NCBI RefSeq assembly: GCF_000002075.1
Contig: NW_004797947.1
Span: forward strand, 272,349-336,348
From: Aplysia californica
Lineage: Eukaryota
DNA length: 64,000 bases
Direction: 5' to 3'
The notes below the pieces were generated by a model that was given only the letters and a program-made list of their open reading frames with translations, ran no database searches and was not told where the DNA came from. The position numbers and the translations under genes are program-made. How positions within the stretch are numbered: position 1 is the stretch's first letter; each line of letters begins with the position of its first letter. This document shows positions 24,700 to 37,254 of the stretch, in pieces.

Positions 24700-24712
24700 T
24701 GGTGGCAGCGGT
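24700..24712 (+). promoter_or_regulatory. LTR-retrotransposon primer binding site (tRNA-Leu)
   Basis: TGGTGGCAGCGGT is complementary to the tRNA-Leu 3' end (...ACCGCTGCCACCA); it follows a CATTAC LTR-end remnant, ~170 bp upstream of the gag ATG. Confidence 0.75.
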
Positions 24713-24878
24713 AAAAATAAACAAACAGCAAATCCAGTCCCCGTGAGTGTGCATCTAGCTAGAATTAGAAGCCTACAATCGGATTTTTTGGCCCGAATAA
24801 ACTGTTGTTTGTTAGTTCGTAGCCTCACCCGCTCGAGCAAGTACATGTAGTTAGATCTAGAGGTCAATAACCGTCAAT

Positions 24879-27449
24879 ATGTCCTCAAAGCAGATTCCCG
24901 AGATGATGTGGGAAAGCGAAAACGTGGCAGATTCGTTCAAAATGTTTAAACAAAGACTCGAACTCTATTTTGCCACAAAGAAGAAACATAAGGACGACCA
25001 GGTCGCCTACATACTCCTCCAAATTGGCGAGAAAGGCCTTCGCATGTTTAATGCCATGACACTCACCGACGCCGAAAAGAAAGATCCAGCTATTATATTT
25101 CATAAACTGGGCGAACAAATCGAGCCGGCTGAACACTTTCGCGTGAGTAGACTCAAACTCATGAGCATGAGGCAGGTCAAATCAGAATCATTAGACGATT
25201 TTGTGACAAGGGCGCAGCTTCAGGCACAGAAGTGTGCTTTCGACAGTGTGGTGGAACTGGAAGAGAGACTGATCGAATTAATCATTTCAAGCACACCCAT
25301 CGGAGACTTCCAAAGGAAACTTCTTGAACAGCAAAAGGGTGTCAAATTGGCCAATGTAATAAAGATGGGTCGCACATTCGAGGCCACTGCATCACACGTA
25401 CAGCAGCTACAAACAATGGCAGATTCTACCAGCATCAGCGCCATCAAGTCCAGCACTTGTCCCCCTTGCAGAAACTGCGGCGGGCAGCACAAACCACGGG
25501 AATGCCCAGCCCATGGTATTACCTGCCATACTTGCGGCAAAACTAACCACTTCGCCAAAGTTTGCCGTTCCGGGCCGCACCAGTCTTCACGCATAGATCT
25601 ACCTTCACGCGGACGCTGGCAAAGACGTGGCGGATCAGGCAGCCGAGGTGGAGGACTTCAGCGGAAGCCGCTAGAGGCAAAAATCAAGGCGACGCAGGCT
25701 GAAATCGACGAAGAGAACTTTGACGACCTAACATTCAGCCCGGTCACCATCTCTTCTGTTTCTTCACTACCCCAGCAACGGGACGAAACATTCGTCAAGC
25801 TCAAAATACTACCTCCAAACAGAGCTGGGCAACACAACATCATTGTCAAGGTCGACACAGACGCACAGGGGAACACACTGCCCCTGCGCATGTTTAGGGA
25901 CATGTTCCCTGAGCAGCTGACAATGGAGGGGGTCCCGGCCAAACAGGTCTTAAGAGAGAAAGGCAGCACAAGGCTGACTGCCTACAACGGTACAGACATT
26001 CCCTGCCTTGGCAAGACAGCTTTTCCCTGTCGCTACAGAGGCGAGTGGCAGGAAACAGGATTCTATGTCGTAGACGTAGAAGGACCAGTCATCATTAGAC
26101 TGCCTTCATGCGAAAAATTGAAAGCAGTGACACTGCACTGCAGCATTTCAACGTCACACCCATCTACCAAGGACAAGATCATTTGCGTCCAGGACCTGAT
26201 GAAAGACCACCCAGAACAGTTTGACAGAATCGGTAAGATGCCTGGCCCCGTCAGGTTGGTGGTGGATCCAGACGTCCCGCCACACATCGACGCACCAAGG
26301 AAAACTCCAATTGATCTCAGAGACGCGATCAGGGAGGAGCTTGAGAGCATGGTGGCAAGTGGTGTAATCAGAAAGATAACAGTGCCTGCGGATGGGGTAT
26401 CAAGCCTCGCCTACTCAAAGAAGAAGTCAGGGAAGCTTCGAATCTGCTTAGATCCACGTCACCTGAATCTTGCACTGAAAAGTCCACACCACAAAATTCC
26501 GACCATTGAAGAGCTGACGCATCAATTCTGTGGAAGTCGCTACTTCTCCAAATTGGACGCCAAGAGTGGCTACTGGTCAGTTCAGCTCGACGAAGAAAGC
26601 CAGCTCTTGACGACGTTCCAGATTCCATATGGCCGATACTGTTTCACCAGACTACCATTCGGTCTCAAGGTCTCTCAGGACATTTTCCAGCTGAAAATGG
26701 ACCAGATCTTTGAAAGCGTGAAAGGAGCCACCGGCATCTCGGACGACGTTGTGATCTACGGAAAGACAGATGAAGAACACGACGAAGGCCTGCGCAACCT
26801 GATGAAAGCCGCAGCAGAGGATGGATTGGTCTTCAACTCAGAGAAGTGCACCATAAAGACTCAGTCCATCACATTCTTTGGCGCCACGTACACTCCTGAA
26901 GGCGTGCATCCTGATCCTGACAAGGTCAACGACTCGAAAGCCATGCCAGCGCCAACGTCCAAGAAAGAACTGCAGGAATTCCTTGCATTCGTGACCTACA
27001 TGTCGCCATTCATCAACAACATGGCCGAAAAAGCAGCTCCACTCAGAGAACTCCTGAAGAAGGACTCGTTCTTCATCTGGGGCGAACACCATCAGAAATG
27101 CTTCCATGCTCTGAAGGATGCAGTTTCAGAGAACGCCACTCTGGTCTACTTCGACACAGGTACAACACCAACACTGGAGACAGACGCTAGCATCCAAGGT
27201 CTAGGCGTGACACTCCTTCAGCATGACAAGCCTGTTGCATATGCGTCCAAGACTCTGACGGACGCCGAAACACGATACGCCTGCATTGAGCGAGAACTCC
27301 TGGCCATCGTCTACGGAGTAGAACGGTTTCACACCTACCTCTACGGTCAGAAATTTCTCGTCAGAACAGATCACAAACCACTCGTCATGATCCTCGACAA
27401 ACACCTCGTCAGAGCACCTCCCAGGCTACAGCAAATGCTCCTAGTATAA
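24879..27449 (+). CDS. Ty3/Gypsy gag-pro-RT-RNaseH polyprotein ORF (856 aa), integrase absent
   Basis: Two zinc knuckles (CRNCGGQH..RECPA, CHTCGKTNHFAKVC), protease VDTD (DTG mutated), RT LRICLDP/FSKLDAKSGYW/RLPFGL/ISDD, RNase H DAS/YACIERELLAI/TDHKPL; frameshifted continuation YKPGKDMTVADTLSR to ~27655. Confidence 0.93.
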   Translation: MSSKQIPEMMWESENVADSFKMFKQRLELYFATKKKHKDDQVAYILLQIGEKGLRMFNAMTLTDAEKKDPAIIFHKLGEQIEPAEHFRVSRLKLMSMRQVKSESLDDFVTRAQLQAQKCAFDSVVELEERLIELIISSTPIGDFQRKLLEQQKGVKLANVIKMGRTFEATASHVQQLQTMADSTSISAIKSSTCPPCRNCGGQHKPRECPAHGITCHTCGKTNHFAKVCRSGPHQSSRIDLPSRGRWQRRGGSGSRGGGLQRKPLEAKIKATQAEIDEENFDDLTFSPVTISSVSSLPQQRDETFVKLKILPPNRAGQHNIIVKVDTDAQGNTLPLRMFRDMFPEQLTMEGVPAKQVLREKGSTRLTAYNGTDIPCLGKTAFPCRYRGEWQETGFYVVDVEGPVIIRLPSCEKLKAVTLHCSISTSHPSTKDKIICVQDLMKDHPEQFDRIGKMPGPVRLVVDPDVPPHIDAPRKTPIDLRDAIREELESMVASGVIRKITVPADGVSSLAYSKKKSGKLRICLDPRHLNLALKSPHHKIPTIEELTHQFCGSRYFSKLDAKSGYWSVQLDEESQLLTTFQIPYGRYCFTRLPFGLKVSQDIFQLKMDQIFESVKGATGISDDVVIYGKTDEEHDEGLRNLMKAAAEDGLVFNSEKCTIKTQSITFFGATYTPEGVHPDPDKVNDSKAMPAPTSKKELQEFLAFVTYMSPFINNMAEKAAPLRELLKKDSFFIWGEHHQKCFHALKDAVSENATLVYFDTGTTPTLETDASIQGLGVTLLQHDKPVAYASKTLTDAETRYACIERELLAIVYGVERFHTYLYGQKFLVRTDHKPLVMILDKHLVRAPPRLQQMLLV

Positions 27450-27655
27450 CTTCACCATCGAATACAAGCCTGGAAAAGACATGACAGTAGCAGACACACT
27501 GTCCAGACTGCCAAGCCCCGGCAACGACAAAACCATCGACCTCGACCTCACCGTTGGCCAAGTCAGATTCAGCACGGACAAAATCAAATCACTCCAAGAA
27601 GAAACCAAATGTGACCCTACTCTGAGCAAACTACATCTTGATCTAGTGGTGGCCT

Positions 27656-30600
27656 GGTGGGCGTTACCCATGAGGCCTTGAAATCCAAAATGGCCGCCAA
27701 ATGGCAAATATCGATATTACTCATTGTTTCTCATTGTTTTTTTTCAACACATATGAAGTGTGATACATCATTTAAATAGGGTTTTTTAGGTCAAGAAGTT
27801 CATTTTTAGTGTCATTTTTAGCCTTTCGTAAAATACAAGTGCAAATAATCCAATATGGCTGCCATCGTCCGTATTGAAAATGGGAAAAACGTTGGTATCA
27901 CAAATAGTAACTTAAAGTTCACGAATTAATGGCATTCACTGATCTAGGATAATTCTTTTTTTGTATCATTTCGTATTTTTATTATTATCCAAGCTGTGTA
28001 AATCCAGTTTGGCCGCTCATCGAATATGTAAACACATATAGCATCCGCAGTATGGGGGCCTTGTCTATACTTTTTGTATAGGTACAAACCTGTGACCATT
28101 GATCTGTGACACTGCAGCTCAGGATTCACTGTGTAGATCTAATTTAGCAGCATTATAGAATCGATGCAACCCGCAAAAAATATCACCGTTAGGGGATAAT
28201 GTGCAGTTTAGACATTCAAAAGATATTATTGCATAGTTAGAAAGAACATTAATCTAAAGGACAATAACCTGTTTAGTCTTTACTCTCGTCTTTATCTTGA
28301 TCAGTTTGGTTTACAAGCTTGCTACCTTCATTATTGCTAGTAGGAATGGGGGCTGTAGTATTAAAGCTAGAATCTATCCGAAATTGACAATTGTTGGGGT
28401 ATCGCAAGAAAACTAGGGCGAACTTGCCTTCATTGCCTATTCTACAGTTGCAATCCATGCATGGATAAGGATGGCCTGACATGACTGAGCATAACGTAAA
28501 CGAAAAAAAAATCATTCAGGTGTCTCTTTAGCAGTGACGCCAGAATAGCCCACAAATCTGTAAGCCGCTTGGAGTGTTTGTGGTGACCATAATATGTGAT
28601 AAACCTGATCGAATGCAGGTGTCATATTGACTACATTGGCTACTCTCCAGCGTCTGTCAGATGGCATGCATTAACATTTTGATCCAGCGAGTCTGACATC
28701 TCCAGTTGACACCTAAAACTTTTCCATGTCTGTGCCAGGCTGTTCGTACACTTGCTTGGCTAGTTCCTTTTCCCCAACATTCTCCCAAGCTGCATTGTAG
28801 CCACCAATACGAGTTCTTGGGATGCATTGGAAACATTTAGGTTGTGCTTTACACTGAAAGATTTCTGCTTCCTATGCTGATGAATCTGTCATGGACAAGA
28901 GCTTCTCTCAACAAAAGAATACACCCAACATCATCTCCCGTTATGTTTCTCTAGGAAAGCTTGGTATACAGTTCAGGCTGCAACCACGAAAGCCAGCCAA
29001 CCCAGTTCCTTTAAAGAGTTTGAAAGAATCGTATTCGTATGCCATTAAAAAAATGAAATGCCCCCCTCCCCCCAACCAAAAAACATTTTAAAAAAATAAA
29101 TAAAAAAAATAAAATTGGAACGATATCCTTAAATAGAGTAGGGTTTTCCTCTTTGATTTTGACAAGGCTTTTGTATGTTAAGCTTGTAAAAAGTATGGAT
29201 TTTCTTTCACTGGCCGCGTAATTTTTTATGACATCATGCAGAACAGACTAACTTTATGGCTCAAGGTATGTTGCATGATTATATAATTAACTTTCTTGAG
29301 AGGAGGCTCAGAGCCTGCTTGAGCCTTACCGTATGGTGGTACTTGTTGTTCGTCTGAGGGAGATCTGTTGTCATCATTGTTTGCACGCGATAAGGCCCGT
29401 ACTGCACTCTGGAGTCCGTGGCACTGAGGAACTTCCGCGTGGACTGCTAGTTCACTGTTACTTCCAATAGGACATTGGATCGTTTAACCTTCAACTTTGC
29501 AGTGATTTCGTTTTTCAATATCACTTGTTGGGGACCTGGGTTGTCATAATTTCTTTCACTGGCTTCTTAAAACTGTAGGCAAATTTTATCTAATGAGCCC
29601 AAGTCACATCACGTCACGATGCATCAGCTTTGAGTAGAGCTCACCCTTATCAACGATGACAATAGCTAGTTTTTTCAAATGCAATTTCTTGTGGAAAAGT
29701 AAAAGATGCTTTCATGTCCTGCAAATCCATACAGTCCAGATGCTGATTCATGTATCGGCATCACATTTGAGAAGAGTATCGGTCAAATTTCTGTTCCTTT
29801 TGACACCATGCATGCTTATGCCCATGTTAATGACTACATGCATAGTAAATCATCATTAAAGCTAAACCATAAGTTGCTGGACTATACAGATTTTTTTCTT
29901 CAGATTCTTGAGCAGTGTTATACAGTTACATTTCAAGATTAATGGGGAATTTTCTTCACTTTTTTCAAGCTCTTATGTCATGTAGCCACGTTACTGTGCC
30001 TCTTTCCTGTATCTGTTACACAATCGAAGCGCAACATTTTGGATCACCTGCTGGTCACTTATCCCAAGAGCTTGTATTGCTGACCTGATATAATCTTTCC
30101 TTCCTTTGATATCACACATCCACTCATGTTTGTTCTTTTCCTTTTCGTACTTAAAACCTTAGGAATCTCTGCATTTCTTAGTACGTAACTCCGACCAATA
30201 TGCCGATTTCATATCCCCAACTTCATACTCACAATCATCGGCAATGTGCTTGTGATCTTCAAGAAGGGACTTCAAGGAACGTATATTTGCCCTTTAAAAA
30301 TTTATTATGCCATCAAAATGTTTAAAAAACAAAACAAAACAAAAATCTGAAAAAAATTATTTTCTGAAGATGCATTGCCGAACCAGACTATTCACTGCCT
30401 TGGGATACGTGCTTGTTCCAACATACAGGGTGATAGCTGATGTTTGTAAATGAACCAGACAGGATGGAAGGACAAGGAAACTTTTGACAGTCCATCCTTC
30501 ATGTCTTGATCTTCACGCCAGAAATGACTTGCCGTCGTCTCTTGCGATTCAAAGTTCAAGGGTTATTTTCAAAGTGTGTGTGTGTGTGTTTTTAAAAAAA

Positions 30601-30700
30601 GTATTATATTGTGAAAGAATCAGAAGGTGCATGAAGTAGTTCCACGGGACCACGGGACATCTTTCCACTGAGTGGATTCACAGATATCACACATTTATCA
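27656..30700 (-). mobile_element. non-autonomous Academ-like DNA transposon derivative, copy 1 (inverted repeat of 44967-49520)
   Basis: Reverse-complement colinear with 44967-49520 along its length (e.g. GGGCGTTACCCATGAGG..TTGAAATCCAA.ATGGCCGCCAAATGGC at 27659 vs 49472-49518). Confidence 0.85.
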
Positions 30701-31084
30701 AGTCCTCACCACTTCCAGATGTCATATTGGCTTCATTGGCTTCTCATCTGAGTCTATCAGATGGCATGCATTAACATTTTGATCCAGCGAGTCTGACATC
30801 TCCAGTTGATACATAAAACGTCTCCATGTCTGTGTCAGGCTGCTCATACACTTGCTTAGCTAGTTCCTTTTTTCCAACATTCTCCCAAGCTGCATTGCAT
30901 CCACCAATACGAGTTCTTGGGATGGATTGGAAACATTTAAGTTGTCCTTTATATTGAAAGATTTACGCGGTCAGTGCAAGAAAATCCATACTTTTTGCTT
31001 TTATAGTTAGCGACAAGCCTAACGTACACAATCCTTGTCAAAATCAAAGAAAAACCATACTCTGTTTAATACGGAAGAATTAGA

Positions 31085-31157
31085 CGAAGAAGAAGAAGAA
31101 GAAGAAGAAGAAGAAGAAGAAGAAGAAGAAGAAGAAGAAAAAGAAGAAGAAGAAGAA
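31085..31157 (+). repeat. (GAA)n microsatellite
   Basis: direct read. Confidence 0.95.
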
Positions 31158-32298
31158 AAAACATGGTCATAACATCAATATAAAAAACAATAATGCTAAC
31201 AATAGAATTCATTTGAGTAAAATAATGAAATAATATTTTTTTTAAAAATGGAGCAATATTATTATAAATCAAAATTTCTAAAAGGACACTACTTGGAATC
31301 CGCCGATTGTATGGGATCAGATACCTTGTATGAATACGTTAAATTAGGTAATTCAATCCATACAATTTGAGGTTATATGTTCAGATCATCATTTAAAAAA
31401 AAAAAAAAAGAGGAAAGCAGATGTCTATTCTCATTTTGTGTTTGGTCATTCGATTGAGTTACATCTATAAGACCAATCTCCTCGTGGTTTAAGGAGTGGA
31501 AATATGATGTATAAACTCAACTGTTGCATTTTTGTTCTTTTTGTAGAGGGTCACATCCTTTAACTGACATCCTCTTGTGTAAGGAGTGGAAAGAAAGATG
31601 TAGAGACCCATGTTTTAAATCACTTTCAACTTGTAAAGTTGCTTGTTTTTGTTTTGTTTTTTCGACATCATTTCCTCCATACTTGAATGAAATGGATTGA
31701 GATATATTCATATATTTCATTCGGATAGAGAGACAGAGGGAGGGGGGAATGTAAAATTATATTGCTTTTATATATTAAAGGTATTATTTAAAAATAATAG
31801 CCATGATAACGATAATAGTAATAACGATAGCCTAAACGACGGTGGTAATAGTAAAAACAACAATAATAACAGTACCAATAATAGAAACAAAGATGAATAA
31901 CAATAATACTACTACTACCAAAAATNNNNNNNNNNNNNNNNNNNNNNNNNNNNNNNNNNNNNNNNNNNNNNNNNNNNNNNNNNNNNNNNNNNNNNNNNNN
32001 NNNNNNNNNNNNNNNNNNNNNNNNNNNNNNNNNNNNNNNNNNNNNNNNNNNNNNNNNNNNNNNNNNNNNNNNNNNNNNNNNNNNNNNNNNNNNNNNNNNN
32101 NNNNNNNNNNNNNNNNNNNNNNNNNNNNNNNNNNNNNNNNNNNNNNNNNNNNNNNNNNNNNNNNNNNNNNNNNNNNNNNNNNNNNNNNNNNNNNNNNNNN
32201 NNNNNNNNNNNNNNNNNNNNNNNAACTTTTCTTGGAGTATACCCACATTCTTTATCCCCAGTCCCCTTCCCCACGCCCCCCTCTATTTCCCCGTCCCA

Positions 32299-32353
32299 GA
32301 TAATAATAACAATAATAACAACAACAGCAATAATAATAATAAAAATAATAATG

Positions 32354-32387
<34 letters not shown>

Positions 32388-32408
32388 CAACAACAACAAT
32401 AATAAATA
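32299..32408 (+). repeat. (AAT/AAC)n microsatellite
   Basis: direct read. Confidence 0.9.
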
Positions 32409-32462
32409 ACCCTGTTCCCCTTGTTAAAGCATAGATTAATTTGGATAATGTTAGAGGCAAGA

Positions 32463-32523
32463 CTGGCGCTCATATGACCATATTATGCAGCCGCGAGCGC
32501 CGTAAAACCTCCACTAAAACTAA
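32463..32523 (+). mobile_element. tail-only retroposon inserted antisense at the end of the LINE ORF
   Basis: GGCGCTCATATGACC...GCGAGCGCCGTAAAAC; exact 10-bp TSD AGAGGCAAGA at 32453-32462 / 32524-32533. Confidence 0.8.
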
Positions 32524-35060
32524 AGAGGCAAGAGATTGCCTGTAGATTTATATAGGATATTTTTATTTTTTATTTCGTCTATTAACTTTTTAATAAGAAT
32601 TTTCGTCTGATTGCTTCTCTTTTGGTACAGAATGTTTGTAGTGTCAAAATGAATGCCTTCCTTTTTAAATTGATCTTTTAATGCATTTCGGTATTGTATG
32701 AACAGTTCACATTCCAAAAGTACGTGATCAATTGATAGTGTTTTTTGGCACTGGTGGCATATTTGATTTCTTTTGATGAAGAAATATGGTGAGTATAATC
32801 TGAGTCGGGTAATCAAGTTTTGGCCCTCTCCATACGGTACTATAGTTTTTATGTTTGGCACTATCTTTTTAAAAAATGTGCCTGTCTTTGAATTTGTCCA
32901 TGCAGTCAGAAAAATGTTTTCTTTTACTCTTTGGTGTAAAAGATTTTTCATTTCGAGGGGTCCCAGTTTTGTATTTATATATTCTTTCTTTTGCATTTTC
33001 CCCTTGTTTGCAAGCTTGTCAGCCATCTCATTCCCATCTATTCCGCAATGTGATGGTATCCAAATAATGGTAACCCTTTTTCCGTTAGTTAATAATTGTT
33101 CATGTAATTCAATTATGTCTTGTAGAATGTCAAATCTAGCATGATTTCTGTGAGGTTCCCCAAGTGATTGGGCTGCCGAGAGAGAATCAGTGAGTATAAG
33201 AATATCCCTTTTCAATTCATCACTGCACGCCTGTTTCATTGCTCCCTGTATCGCTATCAGTTCAGCAGTAAGAATAGATGTATAATCTGTTTTTCGTGAA
33301 TACGACCGGATATTTTGTTTTTTAACATAGAATCCTGATCCAGTACGTTCATTCTCCTTGGATCCATCAGTGAAATACTAGATATGATTACTATATAAGT
33401 CATGAATATGTTTTAATGTAATATTTTTCATTGATGCGTATTTGTCTTCTCTCTTTTTTATTTTGTTCTTTAGTGTTCGGTCCACATTAATGTCACAATA
33501 TTTCCATAAGGGTAATTCTTGTTTCAGAGTGGCGGACATATTGTTTTTTACTTTCAAAGTTCCCATAATTGTTTGTGTGCTTTCTACAATGCCGTTTTTA
33601 GGTTTAAGATGTTTGTTTGCGATCTTGATTATTCTGTCTATGTAGACATTCCTAGCATTGTTTTCTTTATTATAATTTACTCTATGCCATAGTTGGACCT
33701 TGCTTTCCTGCCTTCTTATCCAAAGAGGGGGGATTTTGGTAATGACTGATAAAGCCATGCTGCTTGCAGCGCGTGTAGAATTGGTGATTATTCCCAATGC
33801 TGAATTTTGAATGGTGTCCAGTTTCTTTAGTTGACCCTTTGCTCCCTGGTCGTATATTTCCTCTCCATAGGCAAGTCTTGGTAGTATCAGATTTTTGTAT
33901 ATCAATGTTTTTATTTTTGAATTTATCCACCAGGTTTTTCCTGCTGTGCATTTCAAAATATTAAGGGTGTTGATTCCTTTCTCATATTTTTCAGCTATAT
34001 GCTCCTTGAACTGGAGGAATTTGTCAAACGTAACTCCTAGGTATTTTACCGATTTTGTAGTATGAACATTTGTTCCATTTATCTGCAGATCTGGGCATAG
34101 TTTTTGGTTAAAGAAGATTGCTTGGGTTTTGTTAATATTTACTTTAAATCCAAGATTTGTAAGAGTCTCGATGAGGACATTTGTTGGATTTTCAATAGTT
34201 TTTTAAAATGAAAGTGGTTTTCTTTTTTGCTCTCTTTCCGGGGGCATGTTTGGCTTTAATCCACAAGGCAGTGTCATCAGCAAACTGTCCTATGCTTATC
34301 CTGGGATATTTATCTTCTATTGCTCCTACCGAATTTATCAATATATTAAAAAGTGTGGGAGAGATTACTGCCCCCTGGGGTGTTCCGTTTTCCTGACTTT
34401 TTATTTCAGATGATACGCCTCCAACTAAAACCCGAAACGTCCTTTCATAAAGAAAGTCCTTAATATAATTATACATATTGCCAGTTATCTCCATTTTCAT
34501 AAGTTGTTCAAGGGTTCCTTGTTTCCATAGTAGATCGTAAGCTTTCTCCAGATCCAAGAAAACCGCTGCCGTTACTTTCCCAAAAGTTCTACATTTATCC
34601 AGTTCATGAGTTAATCTCAATAACTGATCGTGTGTTTTCATCACTACTAATAAATTGATAATGTTTTCCCAGCGTCTCAGCTAGGTCTGTGTTTGAGATA
34701 AGTTCTTTTCCATCAAGTGATTTCAGAGGACAAGTGCATTTGCGTTTTATATTTGTTCCATCAATTGCACGTACAGTTCTCCACACTTGTGAAATTTTTG
34801 TATCAATATTCATAGATTTACAGTAATTTTTCCACGCCTGTTCTCTGAAGTTTCTTATGGTACTGGTCGCTAGATTTCTGGCCTCTCTGTATCTTTTAAG
34901 AGTTGTCTCTGTTTTATGTTTTTGATACTCCTTGAGGGCCTTCATTCTGTTTTTTTTTGCCTGATTATATTTCTCATTCCACCAATACACTGTATGTTTT
35001 GCTTTTTTTGGCAATGGTTTTGGGGTCTTGTTTGCATTATTAGGTAATGTTTGTTTAGCT
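32520..35060 (-). mobile_element. I/Nimb-group LINE ORF2 fragment (RT + RNase H), 5'-truncated with internal deletion
   Basis: WWNE linker; AVFLDLEKAYD, GTPQGAVISPTLFNI, QFADD; RNase H TDSLS...WIPSHCGIDGNEMADKLA; C-terminal CHQC...HVLLEC; stops and frameshifts. Confidence 0.92.
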
Positions 35061-35459
35061 CGGCAGTATCATGTCAGGAGGCCACCAGGGAAAAGATACG
35101 ACGCAAAGTTAACCATACAGAGACACTGAAACATTTGCCAAGTGTTATGAGCTGGGTCTCAATTTCAAAGTCTGAAACTCAAGGACGGCTAGACTGTCAG
35201 GCTAGCCGTACTTAATATTGATGGCTGAATTGTAAATGCAATTTTTAGTTTGCAATGCCTAAAGTATTTGTATTTTAGACAAAACCAAAAGGTGCCTTAC
35301 TGACTTGCATGTATTTGAACCTGAATAATTACTAGATCTAGATCTAATGAGACCCGTTTACTTAACAGGCTTGAGTCGATAGGGCCAAACTAGATCCAAG
35401 TACGGCTAGACTGGCTGTCTAGCCGTACTTAAGTACGGCTAGCCACTTCGTACCTTTAA

Positions 35460-35857
35460 AGGGTTGGTTACGACCTTACAGTGGCTTGAAAATAGCCTCG
35501 ACCTCAATCCTGCTGAAAATGTCTCTCAAGAAAAATAAGGTCTTAAACAAACAGAAGCCAAGGGCAAAAGCCCTAAGGGGTACAATCAAGGAAGTGTGGA
35601 CACAAGGAATTTCCCCAGAAGAATATTGGCAAACCAGTCAAGCAAACTAGCACACCGTGTCCTGTTCAAGCAGTCATCCATGTAAAAGGAGGACACATGA
35701 AGTACTAATTTTTATCAAAACTATTCCACAACAGCTTATAAACATATTTTAACCATTAGCGCATGCATCTTTTAAAATAACTGAACAATATGTTCAATTT
35801 ATTGCCAAAATTTTAAAAAAAGTATCGGGTGGTCTTAAACTTTTTGCCACGACTGTA
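35460..35857 (+). mobile_element. Tc1-like transposon 3' remnant
   Basis: LQWLENSLDLNPAEN is a degenerate WPxNSPDLNPIEN motif; terminus AAACTTTTTGCCACGACTG|TA. Confidence 0.75.
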
Positions 35858-36454
35858 TATAAATGTGTTATTGTAGAGCATGTCTCCACCAAAACCAAAT
35901 ACATGTACTGACACTGGAAGGCCCCTTGAGTGTGATTCCAAAAGTTACATGTAATATCCTGTACTTTTTTCTAGAATTACACACGTTTAAGGTTAAAACG
36001 GCCAACCTTAGGAAAGGTGGAAACACGCAATTATTGGTTAGTTTTTGTCGCTATTTATGTGCTGTTCTAATTTTGATTTCATTCGGTCGTGAAACCTTTA
36101 TTTCTTCAAGTTTTTACACTCCGTGTGACTCCAAATGATATTCTGGATGCTTAAAACAGAGCACAAGAAATTCTGGTGCATTCGATTAAGTTGTTATCTC
36201 TATCAACATATTGCTATACGTCGTCACAGAGAGTTGAAAGCTTGAAAATGAATGGCAACTTTTGCTATTTTCGTGGCAACTTTTGGCATCTTTTGGACCA
36301 AAAAATGGCAACAAACGCAGATGCTAGTTAGCTTTTTTTTTTACGGGAGTCGCACGTTGCTTCTCGGGCTGCAATGAAACACCCCGCTGCACTGTCCTGT
36401 TCACATCTTCTGCTGTTATGTTTTCCCTTGCGTTTACTTACTTCCTGAATGTGT

Positions 36455-36650
36455 TTGCGGGTGCTCTGGTGTGGTTTGCTCCTTTCTTTCCTATCAAACA
36501 CCTCCTATCGTCCTAGTTATCTCTCTTCCTTCTTTTTACATTTGTTACTCTCGTGTAACAACACTTCGGTACTAATTTGACCATAATATTGTGTTCTTGC
36601 AAGTGCTTAAAAACTATTTACAGAAACAAACATTCAAACAAACAAAGACA
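36455..36650 (+). mobile_element. 5'-truncated retroposon (family B)
   Basis: Similar to 6085-6295; ends in an AAAC-rich tail. Confidence 0.55.
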
Positions 36651-37254
36651 CAAACTGACTGTGCTTCTCGGGTGAAATGTTTGATCTCCTTGCCTCAGTG
36701 AACAAAAAGAAACGTGTGTGTAATACAGTACGTCGTGTTGCGTAGCACAGTCGCTCCGCTTGTGTTGATCGAGCTCGCCGCTTGGAATGTTCTTCGGTTA
36801 AGTTGATCTTTGTCTCGAGTCCCAGTTCCTCTTCTTCTCTACAGATCCCAACGGTTAAGTTAAATAAACATAGGATGGATTGATCTTTTTTCCCCCTCCC
36901 CCGACGACATCAACTCTTCAGCGTAAAAAAGGTAAGTCAGTTTCTGTAGAACGAAACCAGGTACATACTTTGGAAGGGTTTCATTGGAACATGCATCATA
37001 CTCTCAATCTTGGCAATTCTGTGTAAACCCCACCCGCTCCATATAATATAACTATCAGAATTGGGGTGAGAATAGATTCTATAACAAATTGTAATGTACT
37101 CAAAATGCACTCTGTAGATACAATTATACGATTGTTAAAACGCGCAGCCGATCGCTAATAATAGCGCGGAACAAATATATCAGATAAGAACTCGGAAGCT
37201 CCGCGCTTAGGTGACCTCTTTGGGTGGAGAGAAAAGCAACCAAACCGGTGTGTG

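Larger units (their letters stand above)
24693..27656 (+). mobile_element. Gypsy LTR retrotransposon internal region, both LTRs and integrase deleted
   Basis: PBS, gag-pol ORF, then an abrupt junction to a DNA-transposon copy at ~27656. Confidence 0.9.
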
